64,000 bases of DNA from positions 262,292 through 326,291 of the IMG/VR virus record IMGVR_UViG_3300027804_002812; one strand, 5' to 3'. Made by a program: the position numbers and the translations under genes. The notes under the pieces were generated by a model. It worked only from the letters and a program-made list of their open reading frames with translations. It ran no database searches and had not been told where the DNA came from. Shown piece by piece: positions 56,946 to 64,000 of the stretch. Numbering within the stretch: the stretch's first letter is position 1; every line of letters begins with the position of its first letter. This DNA is from a virus (lineage: Duplodnaviria > Caudoviricetes).

Positions 56946-57472
56946 TATGAATTATATTTTTCAGGATATTCGTTAATTAAGGTTATCCCTCCCTCATTTA
57001 TTGCATGGTCATAAGCGTTTTTAACATCATCCGCAGTCAAACAATCAAAAAATTTTATTGTTTGAGTTATTGACTGAAACTCTTTGAAATAATTATTTCT
57101 GTGTTGAGGGCCTGGATTCAAAGGTATTTCCGATCCTTTACCAACTCTAATAATCATATTTGGTTTCCACTGACCATTGCTCATTAATTCCATCTTATCA
57201 ACATGGTTTATTAATTGATTAGCCGCACAAATCAAAAAGTCCCATCTCGGATAAAATGTAATCACAAATTTTCCTGTCATTGCAATACCCAAAGACATTC
57301 CCATTTGAGAATCTTCCATCACCGGTAATTCAACCATTTTTTCTTTTGGAACATCGACCAAAGTTGAACTCATCGGGTTTCCCGGAAATAATATCTGTTG
57401 TCCAAGAAAAATAGTATCATCCATTTTTCCTAACTTGGTCATTGCGATTGTTAATGAATCTTTGTATTCCAT
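56945..57472 (-). CDS. TPP-dependent E1-beta/transketolase pyrimidine-binding domain (no C-terminal domain)
   Basis: IFLGQ, ELPVME..QMGMSLG.AM.G, DFLICA.NQL.NH, GPQH; only 175 aa. Confidence 0.8.
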   Translation of the reverse strand: MEYKDSLTIAMTKLGKMDDTIFLGQQILFPGNPMSSTLVDVPKEKMVELPVMEDSQMGMSLGIAMTGKFVITFYPRWDFLICAANQLINHVDKMELMSNGQWKPNMIIRVGKGSEIPLNPGPQHRNNYFKEFQSITQTIKFFDCLTADDVKNAYDHAINEGGITLINEYPEKYNS

Positions 57473-58668
57473 TATATTAAACTTTTGAAAAACTTATAAT
57501 CAGTTTCATCTTGTAATATACTCGTAACTTTTTTCTTATTAAGTTCAAATCTTTCCTGATTATTTTTATAAAAATTAATTATTTCGTCTTTGATAGAATT
57601 TAATCTTTTCACTTCATCAACAAACATAAAAAGCCGTTTTCTCGGGTCTTTTTCATTGTCATAAGAATAATCAATAATATCATCAAACAAATCAAAATCA
57701 TATCTTTCTTTCAAGAACTTATTATGTTCAAAATTAGCCAATATCAAAGGAATTTGAGAATAATAAATTGGCATCAATGATTTTTCTGTAATATGGATTA
57801 CATCTGTGGATATGTAACCAGTTTCGGTAACAATATTAACATATGAATTTCTATAAGGATTCATTTCATATGTTTTATAAAAGTCAATGAAGTAAGGTGG
57901 CTGGTCAACTCTATAATCTTCTTCAAACCTACTTTTTTTAATCCCTGATTTTTGAAGAAACAATATTTCATTATAATATTCTTTGAAATCGTCCCTATCA
58001 AAAACTTCAAAAAATAAGTTGTATGATGGTGTTCCATCTGGATCAGAGAATCGTTCGTTTAATTCATTACCTCGTAACATCGTCCAATCAACTTCATCTA
58101 ATATCCCTTCTCGTTTCAGTAAAGCTAACAGAGACACTCTATGTGGTTTTAACATTCTGTTATAACACATAAAAAATGATTCTTTATCTTTTTGAAATTC
58201 GTACTTGAATGAGGTCATTCCTTCGACCGCCACATAAGGTAATCTATTTGAAGTATGTCCAACAACTTTACTATTCAACTCATTGATTAATTTTTTTATT
58301 TTCTGATTTCCATTGATTGCAATTATCTGATTCGAATTAATCGATTCTTCATTACAATATTTTTCGATAAGTTTTATTACGTTTCCATTGTCGGACTCAT
58401 GTTCCGCTAAAATAACAAGAAAACAATTGGAGTATAATTTCATTAACTCTTTTACTTTTGAGGATGCAGGAAGTGATTGGAAATTTTCCATATAAGTTCC
58501 TGTTATTGTAAATGAATAATATTTTTGTTCGGAGTCAACCTCAAAATTATTTATATCAATCATTTTAATCCCGTCAACTTTGTTAGCGGTCAAAGTGTTA
58601 AAAATATGTTCCTTTTCGTTTTCGATATTACTATCAAACAATAAATTAAAATACTTCATAATCTTCAA
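57472..58668 (-). CDS. Putative GT-B glycosyltransferase (GT10-like TEK motif)
   Basis: YNR..KPHR..LL; YVNIVTET...ITEKSLMPI...IPLIL; FDLFDDIIDYSYD. Confidence 0.5.
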   Translation of the reverse strand: MKIMKYFNLLFDSNIENEKEHIFNTLTANKVDGIKMIDINNFEVDSEQKYYSFTITGTYMENFQSLPASSKVKELMKLYSNCFLVILAEHESDNGNVIKLIEKYCNEESINSNQIIAINGNQKIKKLINELNSKVVGHTSNRLPYVAVEGMTSFKYEFQKDKESFFMCYNRMLKPHRVSLLALLKREGILDEVDWTMLRGNELNERFSDPDGTPSYNLFFEVFDRDDFKEYYNEILFLQKSGIKKSRFEEDYRVDQPPYFIDFYKTYEMNPYRNSYVNIVTETGYISTDVIHITEKSLMPIYYSQIPLILANFEHNKFLKERYDFDLFDDIIDYSYDNEKDPRKRLFMFVDEVKRLNSIKDEIINFYKNNQERFELNKKKVTSILQDETDYKFFKSLI

Positions 58669-59298
58669 TTAAAATACAACCCACTTACCTGTTCCATAAT
58701 GAGGCCAATGTTTTTCATACTCGTAGTAAACTACTTCATTAGGTATTTCCTCTTTTTTGCCCCATGTTTCGATTGTTGGAGTATTTGTAGAAACTCCATT
58801 ATCTTCAACAACAAATCTAACAGGTAATTCAAAGTTTTTTATATATTTGTAGTTTTCCATAAAAGTACCTGTCTCAAAAGTCATGTCCCCAATAAAACAC
58901 CAAACAATTTCATTCTTATTATCTCGTTTATTAGACATTGCAACGCCAGTAGCAATTGGAATTATTCCACCGACAATCGCCGAACTATAGAATTTTTTTT
59001 CTTTATTGATGATACTAATCGATCTCCCATCCAAAATTTCTGATTCTAACCAATCAGGTGATACTCCTTTAAGTAAAGCATGATAATGAGACCTCCATGT
59101 AGAAAATACCCAATCATTCTCTGAAATTCTTTTGAAGATTTCAATAAGATGTTTTTCATTACCTCCACTCAAATGAACAGGGCCTCGTATTTTACCAGTT
59201 TCCCAACTTTCAACTATTTTATTTTCAAAATGAATAAGTTCTTCTTCATTCCAGTTGTGTTCTCTAACTATTGGATACTGTTCTAAATTTTTTATCAT
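58669..59298 (-). CDS. TPP-dependent E1-alpha-like subunit (short)
   Basis: GPVHLSGGNE, STWRSHYH, SAIVGG, GDMTFETG...EDNG TPP-binding motif; 209 aa. Confidence 0.85.
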   Translation of the reverse strand: MIKNLEQYPIVREHNWNEEELIHFENKIVESWETGKIRGPVHLSGGNEKHLIEIFKRISENDWVFSTWRSHYHALLKGVSPDWLESEILDGRSISIINKEKKFYSSAIVGGIIPIATGVAMSNKRDNKNEIVWCFIGDMTFETGTFMENYKYIKNFELPVRFVVEDNGVSTNTPTIETWGKKEEIPNEVVYYEYEKHWPHYGTGKWVVF

Positions 59299-59312
59299 AT
59301 ATTTTAATAAAA

Positions 59313-59924
59313 TTACTTGTTAAAGGATACTATACTAAACCTTGGCGTTTTCGCATAACTTTCAACTGAACTTACAAAATGAGGTTGTCTGAAAACTTTA
59401 TTATTCAATAATACTACTCTATTGAATTTAGGAAAAATTTGTTGGTTAAACTCTTCATCTGCTTCAGAACAAATGTTAAGAATACCACCCCAATCCCAAA
59501 TCCACTCTTTATTTACGTAATAGATTAAATTAATTTTTCCTGCATAGTCATCCATGTGCATTCTGTAATGGTCTCCACTATCAAGTTTATAACATCTTAT
59601 GTCAAACTGATTCAAGATAAATGGTGATACTTTTTCAAGGGCATCAATAAAGTAATCTTCGAATATTTTCGATATGTAATCATCTTTCTCCAAATCAGAT
59701 GACCTACTGAAACTAGAAGTATAAACCTCGGTTTCTTTTGGTAATGTTGATGACTCAGTTTTGAATACATGCGAATAATGATTTTCTCTTTCCTGTAAAG
59801 TTTTTTCCCACGTGTTCGCATTAACAAATAACTCATGTAAATTATTTGCATAATCATTGGGTAAAAAATTATCGATTACAGAATATCCCTGTTCGTTCAG
59901 TTCCTGTTTAACTCTATCTAACAT
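59313..59924 (-). CDS. 2OG-Fe(II) oxygenase (EGLN/prolyl-3-hydroxylase-like)
   Basis: HMD...[14 protein letters not shown]...PKFNR...HFVS...RFS. Confidence 0.88.
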   Translation of the reverse strand: MLDRVKQELNEQGYSVIDNFLPNDYANNLHELFVNANTWEKTLQERENHYSHVFKTESSTLPKETEVYTSSFSRSSDLEKDDYISKIFEDYFIDALEKVSPFILNQFDIRCYKLDSGDHYRMHMDDYAGKINLIYYVNKEWIWDWGGILNICSEADEEFNQQIFPKFNRVVLLNNKVFRQPHFVSSVESYAKTPRFSIVSFNK

Positions 59925-59934
59925 ATTAACTTAG

Positions 59935-60342
59935 TTACTCCCAACTAATACCCCAATCCTTAAACTCCGCAGCCAAACAATCAGTTTTATAGTCTTTTCT
60001 ACCACCTACAATTTCTTGTATTCTATTTTTTGCAGTATTACGAACTCCATTTAATCCATGTGTCAACTCCAAATTATTACCTTCTTTGATTCCCTTACGA
60101 TAGTTGGACTCATTATGCCAAATGTGTAAGTTTGTTTGAGCTAAAACAACAATAGACCTTACGGTCTTTGCATCAATAACACCTTTCTGTTCTTTAAGAA
60201 TCAAATCAATGTCGTGTTCGATGTCTCTAATTTCTTGAGCATATTCCTCTTTGTGTTCGGGAATAAAAACTTCTTTTAATTGTGAAATACTGAGTCTATC
60301 AATTAACTCGGCAAGTGTTGGTAAGTATTTTCTCTTCTCCAT
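59935..60342 (-). CDS. Conserved helical protein of sugar-biosynthesis clusters (DUF6165-like)
   Basis: PTLAELIDRLSI.QLK...N..IW..E...R....N..RN..KN.I pattern. Confidence 0.6.
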   Translation of the reverse strand: MEKRKYLPTLAELIDRLSISQLKEVFIPEHKEEYAQEIRDIEHDIDLILKEQKGVIDAKTVRSIVVLAQTNLHIWHNESNYRKGIKEGNNLELTHGLNGVRNTAKNRIQEIVGGRKDYKTDCLAAEFKDWGISWE

Positions 60343-60343
60343 A

Positions 60344-61351
60344 TTATCTGTTCAAAAATTTTCTTCCTTTATTTATTCTTTCTCTCCAATATTCTAATAG
60401 GTCATCCATTGTTTGATTGAAGGTTATTTTGGGTTCCCATCCAGTCATTTCTCTGAATTTAGTTGTGTCAGGTATTTGTAAATCCGCATCTATGGGCCGT
60501 AATCTATTTTGGTCAACTACTACTTCTATATTCTTAACCGTAGATTTTGATAATAGATAATTCAACGTATCACCAACTTTACAAGTATAAGACCCCCCAA
60601 TATTATAATATGCACCTGCAGATGGATTAATATTTAATAACATCCAGTATGCTCTGACAGCATCCCTAACATCGGCGTATGTCCTAAGTGAGTCCAAATT
60701 ACCCACAAATATTTTTGGTTCTTGTAATCCATATTCTATCATTGCGATTTGTTTTGCAAATGTTGATTCATGAAATACATCTCCTCTTCTCGGTCCTGTA
60801 TGTGTAAACATTCTGGTAGTCATCACCTTCATGTTATAAGCTTCCCCATAATACCGACCAATCAAATCTGTACCCACTTTAGATATCGCATACGGAGATG
60901 CAGGATGTAACGAGCACTCCTCATTGATGGGTAATTTATCTTTACTAACCCTACCAAAAATTTCGCTTGATGCACACACATGTATAAGAGCATCTTTATA
61001 CTGAGATTTTCTAAGCGCTTCTAATAAATTTGCGGTACCAATTATATTTGTTTGTAATGTTTCAATCGGAGAATCAAAACTAGTTTGTGGATAGGATTGT
61101 GCTCCAAGGTGGAAAACATAGTCAGGTTTAGAAATATCTATCGCGTTTACAATTGAACTATAGTCATTCAAATCTCCATATATCAACTTAATTCTATCTG
61201 TGGTATTAATGATATCAGTTAAATGTTCGATGTTATCCATAGATTCATTCCACCTACAAAACCCATAGATTTTTATAGTTGTTTTTTCTAAAAGAAAATC
61301 AACCATGTGAGATCCGACCATCCCTAAAACACCTGTGATTAATACATTCAT
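60344..61351 (-). CDS. gmd: GDP-mannose 4,6-dehydratase family
   Basis: LITGVLGMVGSH, HLGAQS, SSEIFG, SPYAISK, FTHTGPRRG.VF, RDAVRAY, LRPID. Confidence 0.85.
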   Translation of the reverse strand: MNVLITGVLGMVGSHMVDFLLEKTTIKIYGFCRWNESMDNIEHLTDIINTTDRIKLIYGDLNDYSSIVNAIDISKPDYVFHLGAQSYPQTSFDSPIETLQTNIIGTANLLEALRKSQYKDALIHVCASSEIFGRVSKDKLPINEECSLHPASPYAISKVGTDLIGRYYGEAYNMKVMTTRMFTHTGPRRGDVFHESTFAKQIAMIEYGLQEPKIFVGNLDSLRTYADVRDAVRAYWMLLNINPSAGAYYNIGGSYTCKVGDTLNYLLSKSTVKNIEVVVDQNRLRPIDADLQIPDTTKFREMTGWEPKITFNQTMDDLLEYWRERINKGRKFLNR

Positions 61352-62523
61352 TGATATATTTCTTTGAAGATTTTTTCAGTTATCCTCCAGTTATCCTGCA
61401 ATTCAAAAGATCCGGCATAATTACTATCAAAGTCCCTAAGTAGAATGTTATATTCATCTTTGTTTTCTTCGATTATCGTTTTTAATTGATTTGGAATATA
61501 CTCATCATTATAAACAATTGCCGTCGCCGTGTCAATATTTGACTGTGATAAACCCATCACGCTATCTCGGACTTCCCCAAAATTTTTGTTTTTTATCGAG
61601 TACAGATTATCAATTATCCCAAAACATCTTGAAGAGATTAAACTAGCCTTATCAAATTCATAATCAAAAATATCCCCATATAATCCAAAATTATACTTAT
61701 ATAAATTGGTATTTTGACCTTTAGCACCTAATACTAAAAAAGGTTTACCGAATAAAATACTCTTAAATGTTTTTTCAGTATGGAACATAAACTCTTTAGT
61801 CAATTCAGGAAATTCATGATTGTACGCAAGGTATGGGTAGGTTTCCGCTACAACATCAATTAAATTAGGTGCATTTAGTATTTTTTCCGAAAATATACGT
61901 TGGGGAACGTCGTCAGATTTATCATAAAAATCATCGAATGATAACTTCCTCGGTGTGAAATACTTGAAATCCCATCGAGAGAATTCAGAATGTTGCCATG
62001 TATTTATTCCATAATCAAATAGTTCAAATTTATATAAATAATCCAATAATATCGCCCTATGGTTCCTTTCATGGTTATTTAGATTTAGATAAAGTTTATC
62101 GATTGGTCTATATTGATTGAATAATTCAGAAGGTTTTTTACCATAAAAATTAACCATCCCATAAAAAGTGTAATGGAGTAATGCGGTAGGCCAAAACAAA
62201 ACTTCAAAGTTTTTGATTGGATTTGTTTTAATATTCGAATATGCATCACTGTAATCACAACCAACAAGTAGATAAAACTTAATATTATTTTTTAATAAAG
62301 TATCTTCTAAATTTTGATAATCTTCAGAATGATTTGGATTATTTACGTAATCGTGTGTGAGATAACTCAAAAATCTTTCATCAAACGCTTCCCAAGGTTG
62401 CCAAATTATAGCATGACTTTCAGGTTTTATTTTATCTATCAATTCACTAATCTCTCTCACATTAATAGAACTATTAGACGGATTGATTAACAAAACACTT
62501 TTATGGAACCTATAATCGATCAT
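61348..62523 (-). CDS. Putative GT-B glycosyltransferase (GT10-like TEK motif), paralogue of 57472-58668
   Basis: LNN..RNHR..LL; IDVVAET...HTEKTFKSI..GKPFLVLG; FGLYGDIFDYEFD. Confidence 0.5.
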   Translation of the reverse strand: MIDYRFHKSVLLINPSNSSINVREISELIDKIKPESHAIIWQPWEAFDERFLSYLTHDYVNNPNHSEDYQNLEDTLLKNNIKFYLLVGCDYSDAYSNIKTNPIKNFEVLFWPTALLHYTFYGMVNFYGKKPSELFNQYRPIDKLYLNLNNHERNHRAILLDYLYKFELFDYGINTWQHSEFSRWDFKYFTPRKLSFDDFYDKSDDVPQRIFSEKILNAPNLIDVVAETYPYLAYNHEFPELTKEFMFHTEKTFKSILFGKPFLVLGAKGQNTNLYKYNFGLYGDIFDYEFDKASLISSRCFGIIDNLYSIKNKNFGEVRDSVMGLSQSNIDTATAIVYNDEYIPNQLKTIIEENKDEYNILLRDFDSNYAGSFELQDNWRITEKIFKEIYQ

Positions 62524-63469
62524 GGCCCTTAAACCAATTAATTGTTTCAGTTATCCCTTGTTTGAAAGTATAAGTTGGCACAAATCCGATCTCAGTATTT
62601 ATTCTCTCCGTACTCACCGCTCTGAAAGGAATTGTCGTTGGCTTAGAATCGTCCCAAATTACATCAGGTTTTAATTCACTTACTTCTATAATTGTATCAA
62701 CAATTTCACCAATAGTAATACCTCCACCATATCCCAAATTATAAGGTCTCATGGATTCTCCCTTCTCAATAATCAAAAGGCCACCTTTAACTACGTCTTT
62801 AACATATAGAAAATCTCTAACAATATCAGGTGACCCCCACACTACAAATGGATTTTCACCACTTAATAATCTTTTAATTAATGCAGGCACAACATGACAG
62901 GTTTTCAAATCGAAGTTATCATAAGGTCCAAATATCGCAGTACCTCTTGCAATACAAATTTCCATTTCACCTAATCGTGAAACGTGTTCCATCAACTTCT
63001 CTCGATATCTCCTCATCCATCCATACCCATAGTAAGATTTATAAGGTTCATCCACCCAAAACTCATCTTCGGTTAGTGGTCTTCTGATGTCAGGATATCC
63101 TGTAGAACTATTAAGATCTAAAAATCTTTTTACTTTTGATTTGTACGATGCTTCCAATACATTTCCAATTATTTGGATTTGTTTCAATGAAATTTGTACA
63201 TCAGTTGGTACTGTGGAAGGATGAGCAATTTGTCCCGCACAATGAATTACATAATCACAACCTTCAACAAGCTTGAAACAATCTTCTAACTTTGTTAGGT
63301 CTAAATTTTCATGAACAATGATACTATCATGCGTATATTGTAATGGAGATTTGTGAGTATGAGTAATAACTTTCGCACCTTGTTTGACAAGTTCAATTAA
63401 ATAATGAGTACCTATGAATCCGGATCCGCCAGTTACTACAACCTTTTTACCTTTGAAAAATTCACTCAT
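62510..63469 (-). CDS. GDP-L-fucose-synthase-like extended SDR (epimerase/reductase)
   Basis: VTGGSGFIG, HCAG, FGPYDNF....HVVPALI, VWG...RDFLYV; the YxxxK position reads YGWMR. Confidence 0.8.
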   Translation of the reverse strand: MSEFFKGKKVVVTGGSGFIGTHYLIELVKQGAKVITHTHKSPLQYTHDSIIVHENLDLTKLEDCFKLVEGCDYVIHCAGQIAHPSTVPTDVQISLKQIQIIGNVLEASYKSKVKRFLDLNSSTGYPDIRRPLTEDEFWVDEPYKSYYGYGWMRRYREKLMEHVSRLGEMEICIARGTAIFGPYDNFDLKTCHVVPALIKRLLSGENPFVVWGSPDIVRDFLYVKDVVKGGLLIIEKGESMRPYNLGYGGGITIGEIVDTIIEVSELKPDVIWDDSKPTTIPFRAVSTERINTEIGFVPTYTFKQGITETINWFKGHDRL

Positions 63470-63470
63470 A

Positions 63471-64000
63471 TCAATGGTTCACAAATGGATTATATCGTTT
63501 ATCTAAAATGTCTTTGTTGTTCAAAAACCACTCTGTAGTTTTTTTAACACCCTCTTCCAATGAAGTATAACTTTTGAACCCATATTTATTCATCTTATTC
63601 ATACTCATCAATCTTTGTTTATCACCACTCGGTACATCGGTATACCACTTAACATCAATGTCTTTTCCTGAATGTTTGATGACTAATTCAACAAGTTCTT
63701 TAATTGAATTACCTTCTCCCGAACCCAAGTTAACAGGTTCAGTAATTTTATTTTCAACAGTAAAAATCATACCTTCAGCAACATCTTCAGCATAAATAAA
63801 ATCACGAATTGGAGACCCATCTCCAAAAACATCTAAAACATCGTTCTCCTGAGCTTTACGTATCAATGAAGGTACAACCATTGCATTAGCAGGATTAAAG
63901 TTGTCATACGGTCCATAAACGTTTGCAGGTCTAACTATTGATATCCTATCCCACCCGTATTGTTTTTTATAGGTTTCAGTTTGTAATTCTCCAATTCTTT
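63471..64000 (-). CDS. Second GDP-L-fucose-synthase-like SDR (5' end outside window)
   Basis: Frame is open to the window edge: KRIGELQ...VRPANVYGPYDNF...VVPSLI...VFGDGSPIRDFIYAEDVA...VNLGSG. Confidence 0.85.
   Translation of the reverse strand, partial: RIGELQTETYKKQYGWDRISIVRPANVYGPYDNFNPANAMVVPSLIRKAQENDVLDVFGDGSPIRDFIYAEDVAEGMIFTVENKITEPVNLGSGEGNSIKELVELVIKHSGKDIDVKWYTDVPSGDKQRLMSMNKMNKYGFKSYTSLEEGVKKTTEWFLNNKDILDKRYNPFVNH

Noticed and set aside
56945-59298. Pyruvate dehydrogenase auxiliary metabolic genes
   Set aside because: Truncated subunits, no E2/E3, and embedded among nucleotide-sugar genes.
291-63795. Many short ORF-track entries antisense to or nested in long genes (e.g. 291-533, 13220-13729, 25454-25864, 28134-28670, 39168-39488, 45125-45526)
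   Set aside because: Shadow ORFs of the coding strand with no recognisable motifs or expression signals.
1-64000. Giant eukaryotic virus origin suggested by LRR, SET, DnaJ, articulin-like and MGCGC proteins
   Set aside because: Sigma-70, peptidoglycan amidase, Bacteroidota promoters, intrinsic terminators and overlapping operonic genes indicate a bacteriophage.
1-64000. Stop-codon reassignment as in some large phages
   Set aside because: Long conserved genes are intact in code 11, and TAA, TAG (e.g. 20886, 54077) and TGA (e.g. 55278) all end genes at sensible positions.

Overview
This is an AT-rich, gene-dense segment of a large tailed dsDNA phage genome (standard code 11), most likely infecting Bacteroidota. 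The host call rests on a Bacteroidota-type sigmaA gene, TTTG-N18-20-TAnnTTTG promoters, no Shine-Dalgarno motifs, an Hc1-like small protein and SprB repeats. Layout: 0-13 kb accessory genes (redoxins, PcfJ-like, DUF932, LRR protein, N6-adenine methylase, DnaJ, and a degenerate MetK-fold protein); 13-19 kb probable head-associated proteins and a lysis-like cassette (amidase flanked by membrane and coiled-coil proteins); 19-31 kb sigma factor plus DNA repair/replication genes (pyrimidine-dimer glycosylase, SbcC/SbcD, PD-(D/E)XK nuclease, primase, RuvC); 31-41 kb virion fibre-like proteins made of Cys-containing modules joined by long Thr-Pro linkers; 41-64 kb a large modification island (TibC/Aah-like and other glycosyltransferases, six 2OG-Fe(II) oxygenases, SET and RMT2/GAMT-like methyltransferases, radical SAM, SGNH, carbamoyltransferase, minimal TPP E1 alpha/beta, GDP-sugar enzymes). 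The most unusual element is the 751-aa gene at 51765-54020: a circularly permuted ATP-grasp ligase fused to three tandem Hint domains, which are separated only by 'AP' and 'R' and end in 'K'. It sits directly upstream of an unannotated 47-aa peptide and a run of tailoring enzymes. The second major theme is a probable phage-encoded O-glycosylation/hydroxylation system for the mucin-like virion proteins. All family assignments come from motif recognition by eye; no database searches were run. No tRNA, rRNA or CRISPR array was seen.
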